Origin: a virus
Lineage: Duplodnaviria; Caudoviricetes
Virus record (IMG/VR): IMGVR_UViG_3300012953_007445
Location: 1 to 51,280 of that record
Direction: 5' to 3' (one strand)
DNA: 51,280 nucleotides
The first letter of the stretch is position 1; every line of letters begins with the position of its first letter. Under the pieces are notes generated by a model. That model did no database searches and was not told where the DNA came from. It worked only from the letters and a program-made list of their open reading frames with translations. Of the stretch, positions 7,349 through 17,051 are shown one piece after another. The position numbers were made by a program, and so were the translations under genes.

Positions 7349-8950
7349 ATGAAATGTTATTTTCCGTATAGCGAGCCACGTCCTCAGCAAGAAACTGCTA
7401 TGGATTTTATTAACGATACTTTTATCAAACAAAATAAAAAGTTTTGTATTGTAGAAGCTGGAACAGGGGTAGGGAAATCTGGCCTTGGAATATTTGCAGC
7501 AAACCTCCTTGACAAAAAAGGAACTGACAGGCAAAATGCAGCTTATTTTTTAACTACACAAAAAATTCTTCAAGAGCAATATGAAAAAGATTTCTCTGCT
7601 AGCCAAAACTTAAAGAATTTAATGTCTTCCACAAACTATTCTTGTAAGTATTATAAGGGAGCATCTTGTAGCGAGAGTTTACGTCTTTTAAAAACAGCAG
7701 ACAAGAAATCTAAATTTTGGAAGTGTTGTGCAATTAATTGCACTTATAAAAAAGAAAAAGAAAAATTTGTAGAAGGTAAAAAAGGAATAACAAATTTTTC
7801 TTATTTTCTGGCTGAAACTGTTTATTCCGGAAAACTAAAACCTAGAAAACTTTTAGTGATCGATGAAGCTCATAACACAGCAGAAGAGCTTTCGAAATTT
7901 ATTGAAGTCACAGTTTCTGAACGTTTTTGCCGATCTCAGAAAATAGAGTTTCCAAGTAACATGACTCAAACTTCTGCTTTTAAGTGGGTAAGAGATGTTT
8001 ATTACAAGAGCATAAAAAATAAATTGAACCACATGGAGAGTGTTCTAGAAAAATACGTCGAGTTAAAGGAAAAAATAAAAGAGATAAGTAATGTCTCAAA
8101 AAATTATGATCTTTTAGATAAGCATGTTTGTAAGATTAAAAGATTTATCGACAGATATGAAAAAGATAATTGGGTATTCAATACTATAGAACCATTTGGT
8201 AAATCTTTAAAAAAGATTGAATTCAAACCCATCGATGTTTCGAAATATGCTCATGAGTATTTATTTGATAAAGCTGATCATGTTCTTTTTATGAGTGCCA
8301 CTATTTTAGATGGAGATGCTTTTTGTGAACTTCTAGGGTTACCTAAGAGAGATTCTTCTTTTCTATCTTTGCCTAGTCCTTTTCCTGCTGAGAATAGACC
8401 AGTTATAACAGCAGGGATTGGAAAAATGTCAGCAAAGCATATAGACCAAACACTTCCCAAATTAGCTAAAGCGGTTGAATCGATTTTAGAAGAGCACGGA
8501 AACGATAAGGGGATAATACATTGCCATTCTTATAAGATATCAAATTTTCTTAAGAATAACGTTAAGGTCGGTAAAAAGAGGCTTATTTTTCATAATAGCG
8601 AAAATAGAGAATCAGCTTTACAAAAACACATAAATTCTCAAGAAGCTTCCGTTTTAGTTTCTCCTTCAATGACAGAGGGAGTCGACTTAAAAGATGAAAT
8701 CAGCAGGTTTCAAATAATATGTAAAGTTCCTTACCCATACCTAGGCGATAAATTGGTAAGAAAAAAAATGAATAGATGGAAATGGTGGTACCCTTTACAG
8801 ACTACGAAAACAATAATTCAATCTTTTGGAAGATCGATTAGATCTAAAGAAGACTTTGCAACTACTTATATCTTGGATGAGGATTGGTTTAGATTTTTTA
8901 AAACCAACACTAATTTTTTTCCAAGGGATTTTCGTGAAGCAATCAAATAA
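7349..8950 (+). CDS. DinG/XPD-family SF2 helicase with probable Fe-S cluster
   Basis: Q motif PRPQQ, EAGTGVGKS, DEAH, SAT, EGVD, QSFGRSIRS; Cys cluster C..C..CC..C after motif Ia. Confidence 0.9.
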   Translation: MKCYFPYSEPRPQQETAMDFINDTFIKQNKKFCIVEAGTGVGKSGLGIFAANLLDKKGTDRQNAAYFLTTQKILQEQYEKDFSASQNLKNLMSSTNYSCKYYKGASCSESLRLLKTADKKSKFWKCCAINCTYKKEKEKFVEGKKGITNFSYFLAETVYSGKLKPRKLLVIDEAHNTAEELSKFIEVTVSERFCRSQKIEFPSNMTQTSAFKWVRDVYYKSIKNKLNHMESVLEKYVELKEKIKEISNVSKNYDLLDKHVCKIKRFIDRYEKDNWVFNTIEPFGKSLKKIEFKPIDVSKYAHEYLFDKADHVLFMSATILDGDAFCELLGLPKRDSSFLSLPSPFPAENRPVITAGIGKMSAKHIDQTLPKLAKAVESILEEHGNDKGIIHCHSYKISNFLKNNVKVGKKRLIFHNSENRESALQKHINSQEASVLVSPSMTEGVDLKDEISRFQIICKVPYPYLGDKLVRKKMNRWKWWYPLQTTKTIIQSFGRSIRSKEDFATTYILDEDWFRFFKTNTNFFPRDFREAIK

Positions 8951-9422
8951 AATATATTTTGAAGACATAGAAGAATTTTCAAAATTAATAAAATCTATTC
9001 GTGGCGGCCGGCCGATTTACTGCACTTCCGGGGGATTTGATCCAATCCATGTTGGACATGTAAGATGTTTTCTAGAAACAGCTAAGATGGCGAGAGAAAA
9101 TAATGGAATATTTGTTGTTATAGCGAATAACGACGATTTCTTAATTAGAAAAAAAGGCGCGCCGTTCATGCCCCAAAAAGAAAGGCTAGAGATACTTTCT
9201 GCTATTAAAGGCGTAGACTATGTAGTTCTGTGGGGAGATGACACTCAGACATCTTCTGGAGCTATAGAAAGAATTAAACCTAGCTATTTTACAAAAGGAG
9301 GAGATAGAGACGTTCTCTCTAAGATTCCTGAATCTAACATTTGTGACCAGGTTGGGTGCAAAATTATTTTCGGAGTTGGTGGTGAGAAAGTTCAGTCTTC
9401 TTCTTGGCTGACTAAAGGCTAA
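8934..9422 (+). CDS. Cytidyltransferase-like (HIGH) nucleotidyltransferase
   Basis: GGFDPIHVGH, ERLEILSAIKGVDYV, KGGDR, QSSS; start moved to GTG 8934 (AAGGGA upstream) to avoid a long overlap. Confidence 0.85.
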   Translation: MKQSNKIYFEDIEEFSKLIKSIRGGRPIYCTSGGFDPIHVGHVRCFLETAKMARENNGIFVVIANNDDFLIRKKGAPFMPQKERLEILSAIKGVDYVVLWGDDTQTSSGAIERIKPSYFTKGGDRDVLSKIPESNICDQVGCKIIFGVGGEKVQSSSWLTKG

Positions 9423-9426
9423 GAAA

Positions 9427-9828
9427 ATGGTTGATAAAAAGAAAGCTAGCGGTGCTGGATTTATTTTAATAAATGATTGTTACCCTAAGAAAATCCTAGG
9501 ATTAATTAGCCATGATGGTTCTTGGGATTTACCTAAAGGTACTCTAGATAAAGATGATCCTTCGTTACTAGAATGTGCTATCAGAGAATGCTACGAAGAA
9601 TGTGGCATATTAGTTTTAGAAGATGACATTATTAACAAAAAAGGTTTTTTCTCTGGTAAGCTAGTTATTTTTGTTGCTAAGACTTTAGAGCAGCCAAAAA
9701 TATTAAGAAATTTTAAAACCAAAATATTCGAACATTCAGGTTTTGCTTGGGTAGATACTAAAATATTTTTGTCAAATACAAAGCCTTTTATGGAAAAAAT
9801 CATAAAAGAATACGCTAAGTCAATCTAA
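9427..9828 (+). CDS. Nudix hydrolase
   Basis: WDLPKG...LECAIRECYEECG Nudix box; EHSGFAW. Confidence 0.88.
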   Translation: MVDKKKASGAGFILINDCYPKKILGLISHDGSWDLPKGTLDKDDPSLLECAIRECYEECGILVLEDDIINKKGFFSGKLVIFVAKTLEQPKILRNFKTKIFEHSGFAWVDTKIFLSNTKPFMEKIIKEYAKSI

Positions 9829-9883
9829 AAATTACAAATAAGTAAGTACTAGATATAATTTAATATACTATTTAGGTACAGTT

Positions 9884-11056
9884 ATGTCTACTTTTAAAGA
9901 AAATAAAGGTGTTTCTGACAGATCCGGATCGGATCGCCAAAGACACAAAGAAAAAATCGATAGAGCAATAAAGGATGGTATTCACAATATTGTTGCTGAT
10001 GAATCTATTATTGGGCAAGACGGGAAGAAGAAAATTAAAATTCCCGTTAAAGGAATCAAGGAATATCGTTTTGTTTATGGCGATAACGAAAATAAAAAAA
10101 ATGTAGGTTCAGCGCAAGGAAAAGATATCGCAAAGGGACAGAAAGTCGGGTCCAAAGATAAAGGACAGCCGGCTAAACCCAATAAAGCAGGTAACAGTGA
10201 AGGCGAAGAATATTATGAAGTTGAGATAACTTTAGAAGAATTGGCTAACTATCTTTTTGATGATTTGAAACTTCCGAATATGGAAAAAAGAAAAATCAAA
10301 AATATTGCTGAGAAATCTTATAAAAGACATGGATACAGAAAAAAAGGAATTAGACCTAGATTAGATAAAAAGCAAACAATAAAAAATAAAATAAAAAGAA
10401 AAAAGAAAGCGGTAAAGAATAATTCATTCGATCCCGAAAGTGATGATAGGTTTGCTTTCCATAACGATGATTTGAAATATAGACATATCAAAGAAAAAAC
10501 TAAGCACTCGTCTAATGCATGCGTATTCTTTATCATGGATGTAAGTGGTTCTATGACAAAAGGAAAGAAGTTTCTAGCAAGGAGTTTCTTTTTCTTGCTT
10601 TATCAATTCATTAGATCTAAATACGAAAATACAGAACATTGTTTTATATCTCACGATTATAGTGCTAATGAAGTTTCCGAAGAAGATTTTTTCGGAAAAT
10701 CAACGAATGGAGGAACTTTAGTTTCTACCGGTTTAAAGAAATGTCATGACATTATCAACTCTAGATATAATCCTGAAACTTGGAATATATATGTTTTTCA
10801 ATGTTCTGATGGCGATAACTGGCCTGAAGATAATGACAACACAATAGAGCTAGCAAACATTTTAAAAAATATTAGTCAATTTTTTGGGTATTGTGAGATT
10901 GAACCTAGAGATAGGAAATCAGCTTGGGCTCAACTATCCGCTTTGTCAGAAACATATTCATCGTTGGTTGATAAGAAATTTAAAATTGCTGAAATAAGAA
11001 ATAAAGATGATCTTTGGCTAGCGTTTCAGAGATTCTTTGGAGGTTTTCATGAGTGA
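9884..11056 (+). CDS. yeaH: YeaH/YhbH (DUF444) vWA-domain protein
   Basis: DRQRHKEKI N-terminus, MIDAS MDVSGS, GGTLVS, WNIYVFQCSDGDNW. Confidence 0.92.
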   Translation: MSTFKENKGVSDRSGSDRQRHKEKIDRAIKDGIHNIVADESIIGQDGKKKIKIPVKGIKEYRFVYGDNENKKNVGSAQGKDIAKGQKVGSKDKGQPAKPNKAGNSEGEEYYEVEITLEELANYLFDDLKLPNMEKRKIKNIAEKSYKRHGYRKKGIRPRLDKKQTIKNKIKRKKKAVKNNSFDPESDDRFAFHNDDLKYRHIKEKTKHSSNACVFFIMDVSGSMTKGKKFLARSFFFLLYQFIRSKYENTEHCFISHDYSANEVSEEDFFGKSTNGGTLVSTGLKKCHDIINSRYNPETWNIYVFQCSDGDNWPEDNDNTIELANILKNISQFFGYCEIEPRDRKSAWAQLSALSETYSSLVDKKFKIAEIRNKDDLWLAFQRFFGGFHE

Positions 11057-12353
11057 TTGGGATATAAAAGATCTAGAAACTTGGGATAATAAGATTATAG
11101 AGCTTGGGAAGAAAAATAACCTAGATTGGTTTCCTATCTCATACGAAATATGTGATTACTATGCGATGATCGGTAACATGGCTTATCACGGAATGCCATT
11201 GCATTATCGCCATTGGAGCTACGGTAAGTCTTTTGAAAGAACACACCAAATGTATAACTTGGGCGCAGAAGGGTTACCTTACGAGCTCATAATAAATAGT
11301 GATCCATCGATCGCATATCTCATGAGAGAAAACCCATTTTACCTGCAGCTTTTGATTATGTGTCATTGTGTTGGTCACTCTGACTTTTTTAAAAACAACT
11401 TAACTTTTGCGAACACCGGACCGGAAAATGTCATTCAGAGATTCAAGAATGCAAAAAAAAGAATCGATTCTTATATAGAAGATCCTAGCATAGGGATAGA
11501 AAAAGTCGAAAAAATATTAGATGCAGCTCACTCTTTATCGATGAACGTCCCGGTAAATTGCAAAGAATATATCCCGCATAAGCAAAGAAGAAAAGAGCTA
11601 ATAGAAAAAATTAAAAACGGAGATGATAGGTATAAAGATAAGAATCCAGATTCTTTTCCTATAGAACCAGAAAATGATTTATTAGCCTTTGTAGGAGAAA
11701 TGGCTTTAAATTTAGAAGATTGGGAAAAAGATATTATTGAAATTGTAAGACAAGAATCTTTTTATTTTATGCCTCAAATTAGGACTAAAATCATGAATGA
11801 AGGGTGGGCTAGCTTTTGGCACTATAGGTTAATGCATCAGCTAGATTTGCCACAAAAATACCACATCCCCTTTTTGAAAAGTCACAATCAAGTTGTTAGA
11901 CCTCACTTGGGAAGGATTAATCCATATCATTTAGGTTTTCACTTATTCAATAAAATAGAGGAAAGGTACGGTCTAGAAGAATGCTTTATTGCTAGGGAAG
12001 TTTGCCATGACGAATCCTTTTTAAGGCAGTATTTAACAAAAGAAGACTGTTATGAATTAAACTTGTTCTCCTATTCCTTATATAAAAAAGACTATGTAAT
12101 AAATGAAGTTTCAGATGATGAAGGTTGGAAAGAGGTTAAATCTTCTTTGATAAAACAGATTGGTTCTAATTCCATCCCTAAAATCATAGTAAGTGAAATG
12201 AAACAGAATAACGTTTTAAAAGTACATCATGAACATGATGGGAGAGATTTAGAGTTAAGCTACGCAGAAAAAGTTGTTGACTACATAAGCACTCTTTGGG
12301 GTGGGGTTGTAAGGCTTGATACTATTATTGAAGATGAACCTTTCGAAATTTAG
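11049..12353 (+). CDS. spoVR: SpoVR/YcgB family protein
   Basis: YRHWSYGK, YELIINSDP, GHSDFFKNN, TKIMNEGWASFWH, NPYHLG; start ATG 11049 with GGAGG SD. Confidence 0.93.
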   Translation: MSDWDIKDLETWDNKIIELGKKNNLDWFPISYEICDYYAMIGNMAYHGMPLHYRHWSYGKSFERTHQMYNLGAEGLPYELIINSDPSIAYLMRENPFYLQLLIMCHCVGHSDFFKNNLTFANTGPENVIQRFKNAKKRIDSYIEDPSIGIEKVEKILDAAHSLSMNVPVNCKEYIPHKQRRKELIEKIKNGDDRYKDKNPDSFPIEPENDLLAFVGEMALNLEDWEKDIIEIVRQESFYFMPQIRTKIMNEGWASFWHYRLMHQLDLPQKYHIPFLKSHNQVVRPHLGRINPYHLGFHLFNKIEERYGLEECFIAREVCHDESFLRQYLTKEDCYELNLFSYSLYKKDYVINEVSDDEGWKEVKSSLIKQIGSNSIPKIIVSEMKQNNVLKVHHEHDGRDLELSYAEKVVDYISTLWGGVVRLDTIIEDEPFEI

Positions 12354-12361
12354 GAGTTACT

Positions 12362-14290
12362 GTGAGTAAAAAAGATTTTCTAAAAATTATACAGGAACAA
12401 AGAAAAAAATCTAAGAGAAAAAAATTTAAAGGAAACTTTATTGATTTTCTAGAGCACGTTAAAGAGAACCCTACAGCTGCTGATACTGCGCATAAAAAAC
12501 TTTATGATTCTATTATGAAACACGGCCTAGCGCACATAGATGATAGCAATAATAGAAAACATAAAATATTTGAAGGCGAAAATATTAAAATTTATGATTA
12601 TTTCAAGAATGAGTTTTTCGGTGCTGAAAAAGTCGTATCTAAGATAATGAATTTTTTAAAGTCTGCTGCTGCTAGAGGAGAAGAGTCTAGACAAGTATTA
12701 TTATTGATGGGCCCTGTTGGGGCTGGTAAGTCTGCTTTGACAGAGCACATTAAAAGTGCGCTAGAAGGAGAAAGTTACTTTCATATTGAAGGAGATCCTC
12801 AGAAAGGCAATCCTTTGCAATTAATACCTCGAGGAATTAGAGAATCTTTCGAAGAACATCTAGGCGTTGATATCGATGGTGATATATCTCCCCCTGTCAG
12901 ATACCAACTTTTAAAAGAACTCGATGGTAAGTATGAAGATTTTAACGTTGTAGAGACTACTTTTTCACAAAGAGGCCGAAGAGGAATTGCTTCTGTTCCA
13001 CCGATGGATGCGAATTCTCAAGACACTTCTGTATTGATAGGTTCAGAAGATATTTCGAAATTAGATCTTTATTCTGAAGATGATCCTCGAGTTCTTTCAC
13101 TTAACGGAGCTTTTAATGTTGGTAACCGAGGAATCGTAGAATTCGTTGAAATATTCAAAAACGAAATTGAGTTTTTGCATACAATAATAACAGCGACGCA
13201 AGAAAAAAGAGTTCCTGCTCCCGGTCGTCATGATATGATTCATTTTGATGGTGTCATTTTGGCACACTGTAATGAAGCAGAGTGGAATAGATTTCAAAGT
13301 GAGCACACTAACGAAGCTATTTTAGATCGTGTAGTAAAAGTTAACGTCCCTTATGTTTTAGAACTTGAGCAAGAGATAAAGATATATGAGAAACTCTTAT
13401 CAAGATCCAAATTTGATAGTCATATCGCTCCTCATACTATTAGAATCGCTTCAATGTTTAGTGTTATGTCTAGATTAAAACAATCTGGAAAATGCGATTT
13501 GCTGACGAAACTAAGAATATATAACGGAGAAGATGTAATCGAGAAGGGTAGAGTTAAAAAGGTAGACATCAAAGATTTAAGGGACGAGAGCAATCAAGAA
13601 GGGATGGATGGTATATCAACCAGATTTATCATGAAGTCAATAGACAGGGCGATCTCTGATAGCGATAAAGGGTTTATAACTCCAATATCAATTATCGATA
13701 CAATTGCTAAAAATTGCAAAGAACAATTAATCGATGAGAATTTTAAAAAGCATTGTTTGACTATTTTGCAGGATATTGTTAGAAAAGAATACTTGAGAAT
13801 ATTAGAAAATGAAATAGCTAAAGCATTTATTGCAGCTTACGAAGAACAGGCTCAATCTCTTTTTGAAACTTATTTAGATAATGCCGAAGCTTTTGCGATG
13901 AAGGCAAAAATGAAAGATAAAGTGACAAATGAAGAAATGCAACCTGATGAAAAATTCATGGGTACTATTGAAGAATGTATTGGCATAGTCGGATCTTCAA
14001 AAGAAGGCTTTAGGAGTGATGTAACAGCTTATATGTTTGCTAAAATAAGAAGAGGCGAGACCATAGATTATCGTAGTTATGAGCCTCTTAAAGAAGCAAT
14101 AGAAAGTTATCTTATAAATAGTGTTAAAGATATGGCTAGGATTGTTACTAAATCAAAGACACGAGATGACAAACAGAAGAAAAAATACAATAGTATGGTA
14201 AAAACAATGATTGACGATTATGGTTATACAGAGGACTCTGCTGAAGAGATCCTTGTATACGCTAGTAATAACCTCTGGAGAGATAGTTAA
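12362..14290 (+). CDS. prkA: PrkA/YeaG AAA+ serine kinase-family protein
   Basis: GPVGAGKS, NRGIVEFVEIFK, AHCNEAEW, EGMDGISTRF; GTG start with AGGAG SD. Confidence 0.93.
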   Translation: MSKKDFLKIIQEQRKKSKRKKFKGNFIDFLEHVKENPTAADTAHKKLYDSIMKHGLAHIDDSNNRKHKIFEGENIKIYDYFKNEFFGAEKVVSKIMNFLKSAAARGEESRQVLLLMGPVGAGKSALTEHIKSALEGESYFHIEGDPQKGNPLQLIPRGIRESFEEHLGVDIDGDISPPVRYQLLKELDGKYEDFNVVETTFSQRGRRGIASVPPMDANSQDTSVLIGSEDISKLDLYSEDDPRVLSLNGAFNVGNRGIVEFVEIFKNEIEFLHTIITATQEKRVPAPGRHDMIHFDGVILAHCNEAEWNRFQSEHTNEAILDRVVKVNVPYVLELEQEIKIYEKLLSRSKFDSHIAPHTIRIASMFSVMSRLKQSGKCDLLTKLRIYNGEDVIEKGRVKKVDIKDLRDESNQEGMDGISTRFIMKSIDRAISDSDKGFITPISIIDTIAKNCKEQLIDENFKKHCLTILQDIVRKEYLRILENEIAKAFIAAYEEQAQSLFETYLDNAEAFAMKAKMKDKVTNEEMQPDEKFMGTIEECIGIVGSSKEGFRSDVTAYMFAKIRRGETIDYRSYEPLKEAIESYLINSVKDMARIVTKSKTRDDKQKKKYNSMVKTMIDDYGYTEDSAEEILVYASNNLWRDS

Positions 14291-14529
14291 TGATAAGAAT
14301 AGGATCATCAGAATTACTAATAATTGGAAGTGCTATAGTAAGTTTTAACAACTTTTGGTTATCTGTAGCTTTTTTATCTTTAGGCGTTTTAGGAGCCATG
14401 GGACGGTTTGGATCTGAGCACTCTGAAAAGCAAGCTAAAGTAGCTGCTGGAGAACACACAGCAGAAAATATTTCTACCATAGTTTCTAGTTTCGTTGATA
14501 AGATGAATAAAAAAGAAAACTTTCATTAA
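14290..14529 (+). CDS. Small membrane protein (79 aa)
   Basis: Two hydrophobic segments in the N-half; TAATG-coupled on both sides. Confidence 0.7.
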   Translation: MIRIGSSELLIIGSAIVSFNNFWLSVAFLSLGVLGAMGRFGSEHSEKQAKVAAGEHTAENISTIVSSFVDKMNKKENFH

Positions 14530-15713
14530 TGGTTAATAAAGAAGTAGAAAATTTTAAAAGAGAACTTAATGAATTCTGTTACAAAAATGCTAACAGTAAT
14601 TTAGTATATTTTGATGATCAAATCATTAGCAATATATCTTTTTCAGAAACTTATCGAAGTTTATTAAATTATAATTTTTCAAACCTAGTTCTAAGGAATA
14701 TGTTTATATCATATCTAGAACAGATTTATAAATTCTCACCAGCTACTATTAGTTTTATCCCATATTTCATTAGTTTAGAAAATATAGAAGAAATAACATT
14801 ACCTTTTGAAAATGAATTAGCAAAATTAGTTTCTGAACCGGATTACGATTCCATAGAGAAAATTATAAGATTCTTTTTTAGTGATTCTTCTTTGCTTAAA
14901 GAGGGTGATTTCATTAAGATGTTCAAAGAAAATGGTTTCCTTTCTAGATTTGATGTTCAAAAATCAAACAGCATTTATAATGCATGCGAATTTTCTAACG
15001 GTTATCATATTTCCTGTACAATTCCACAAATATATTTTGATTCAATAAAGAAAGATCAAAAGGACATATCTAATTCTTATATTATTTTTTATGATGGTTA
15101 TATAGAAAGCGTTTCCGAAATTAATTCTATATTAACTGATAGCTATAATAACAAAAATAGATATCTATTATTTTGTAGAGGCAGTCATCCGGACGTTGAA
15201 AGAACTAGCGCGGTAAATTTAGGTTTAAACAAAGCTACGTTAATATTAGCTTATCCAAACGACGACTTTTGGCATGATACTAATTTAAAAAAATTAACTT
15301 ATAACACTAACGCTAGCGTTTTTGGTTATAGAACTGGTCTTCTTTTAAATAATTGCCTTGAAAATAAATCTAAGCATATAGATTTATTCTTTAATTCTCG
15401 TGGAATCACTTTTAAAGGTGAAGAATTTGAAATGAATAAAGACGCGATCACTAAAATATATTTAAATAAATCTAATTGGATGAAAAAAGGAATTATAGAA
15501 GATCAGTTAAACTATTTTAGTTCGTTATTACAACAAATATCTCTTTGTGGTTTAGTAGAAGATATTCACTTAGAAGAATTAGGGATCGATGTTGAGAAAG
15601 TTTTTAAAAAAAGGTTAAAAAAATTACCAGCTTTCCCTGTTTTTAGAGCTTTAAAAGAATCAAAATATATATTAGAAAAAATATCATCAGTAGGTTTTAT
15701 AGTCAAGAGATAA
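14529..15713 (+). CDS. Degenerate chaperonin (GroEL apical domain-like) protein
   Basis: ISNSYIIFYDGYIESVSEINSIL...RYLLFCRG..PDV..T..VN resembles GroEL [23 protein letters not shown]...[20 protein letters not shown]; no GDGTTT motif. Confidence 0.55.
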   Translation: MVNKEVENFKRELNEFCYKNANSNLVYFDDQIISNISFSETYRSLLNYNFSNLVLRNMFISYLEQIYKFSPATISFIPYFISLENIEEITLPFENELAKLVSEPDYDSIEKIIRFFFSDSSLLKEGDFIKMFKENGFLSRFDVQKSNSIYNACEFSNGYHISCTIPQIYFDSIKKDQKDISNSYIIFYDGYIESVSEINSILTDSYNNKNRYLLFCRGSHPDVERTSAVNLGLNKATLILAYPNDDFWHDTNLKKLTYNTNASVFGYRTGLLLNNCLENKSKHIDLFFNSRGITFKGEEFEMNKDAITKIYLNKSNWMKKGIIEDQLNYFSSLLQQISLCGLVEDIHLEELGIDVEKVFKKRLKKLPAFPVFRALKESKYILEKISSVGFIVKR

Positions 15714-16181
15714 ATGAAAATGGTTTGGAAAAATTCATCAGGCAACGAATTCTCTTTTAAAGATATTATCGAAGTTATTAAAAATTTTCCGCATTCCCAG
15801 ATTCATGTAGGGACTGATTCTCATTATAAATCAGGCAAATTAATTTTTGCTACAGTAATAGCAATATATGATCCTGGAAAATGCTCAAAATACTTTTTTC
15901 AAAGAAGATTTGAAAACAAAATATTCAATGATAGAAAAAACTTATCTGTAAGACTACTCCAAGAAGTACAAAGCTCTATAGAAACAGCCTCTTCGGTTAG
16001 AGAATCTTTATTAGATACACACAGAATATCTGTCCATGCAGATATTAGCGAAAACAGTAAAAATGCTAGTAACGTCGTTTATGAGCCTGCCAAAAGGTGG
16101 ATACAGGGTATGGGTTTTACTTGCAAAATGAAACCTTTGGCTTGGGCATCTAGCTCAATCGCAGATTTACATGCTAAATAA
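15714..16181 (+). CDS. RNase H-like YkuK (DUF458) family protein
   Basis: IHVGTDS, RLLQEV..S, VHADI, KPLAWASSSIAD. Confidence 0.85.
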   Translation: MKMVWKNSSGNEFSFKDIIEVIKNFPHSQIHVGTDSHYKSGKLIFATVIAIYDPGKCSKYFFQRRFENKIFNDRKNLSVRLLQEVQSSIETASSVRESLLDTHRISVHADISENSKNASNVVYEPAKRWIQGMGFTCKMKPLAWASSSIADLHAK

Positions 16182-16199
16182 TTAATTTAGTTTTCTTAT

Positions 16200-16661
16200 A
16201 TGCAAGGCGTAAAACATTTAATAGAGTGTCAATGTATATTACCTCAATATAAAAGGATTGAAGATCCACCTTTCCATAAGTTCGTAGTTTTTTCTATTAT
16301 AGATGAATCTGACACTGTTGTAGAGAAGTTCACTCAATGCAATAATTGTGGTATTATACACAGGGTTTTTGACATATGCAAATCTGAGATTGCTATCGGG
16401 CATGAATCTTTAAATAGTCTTCCTTCTATAGATGATTTTAAGCTTATGTTACCTAGTAGTTTGATCAATATACTAGAAAGCTATGATGCAGAAGTCTATA
16501 TTTGGGAGCAAGCAGCGTTTATAATTAACTATGAAAAAATAGGAGATAGAATTATACTCTCTTCTGACGAAGTAAAAGGTAAGTTACAAGGAAAAAGTAT
16601 GGTCTACAATGGTAATTCTAAGTTTTCTATAGAACCATTCGTAGCTGATGTGGAGTTTTAA
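16200..16661 (+). CDS. Hypothetical protein with putative Zn ribbon
   Basis: HLIECQC ... QCNNCGIIH...DICKS. Confidence 0.65.
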   Translation: MQGVKHLIECQCILPQYKRIEDPPFHKFVVFSIIDESDTVVEKFTQCNNCGIIHRVFDICKSEIAIGHESLNSLPSIDDFKLMLPSSLINILESYDAEVYIWEQAAFIINYEKIGDRIILSSDEVKGKLQGKSMVYNGNSKFSIEPFVADVEF

Positions 16662-16864
16662 TGAATGATTTAAAACAGATTGCTGAAAGCTTATCTAAGT
16701 GCAGAGAAATAAAAAACGAAATTTTACGTTTTGGTGTTAATCAATTAGAAATATTAAAATTAATTAAACTATTAGCCCTAGAGCTAGAAGACAGAGAAAA
16801 AATGAAAAGCATTATCAAATGCGTAGAATCTGAAGACTCAGGGTTAATAATACAGGAGGATTAA
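16661..16864 (+). CDS. Hypothetical protein (67 aa)
   Basis: TAATG-coupled, GGAG SD. Confidence 0.7.
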   Translation: MNDLKQIAESLSKCREIKNEILRFGVNQLEILKLIKLLALELEDREKMKSIIKCVESEDSGLIIQED

Positions 16865-16865
16865 A

Positions 16866-17051
16866 ATGGACCAAGGTTTAATGCAAAAATGGGAAGAACT
16901 TAAAACTTTAATGGAAAGTATAGAAAGCGATATTCTTAAGAATGCTAATGGCAACGCATCCGCTGGAGTTAGAGCAAGAAGAGGGTTAAGAAACCTAAAA
17001 TCAGAAGCTGCTAGTTTAGTAAAAATTTCTTTAGACGGAAGCAAGAAGTAA
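16866..17051 (+). CDS. Histone H1-like Hc1-family small protein
   Basis: D..K...GNASAGVRAR..LR.LK signature; AGGAGG SD. Confidence 0.75.
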   Translation: MDQGLMQKWEELKTLMESIESDILKNANGNASAGVRARRGLRNLKSEAASLVKISLDGSKK

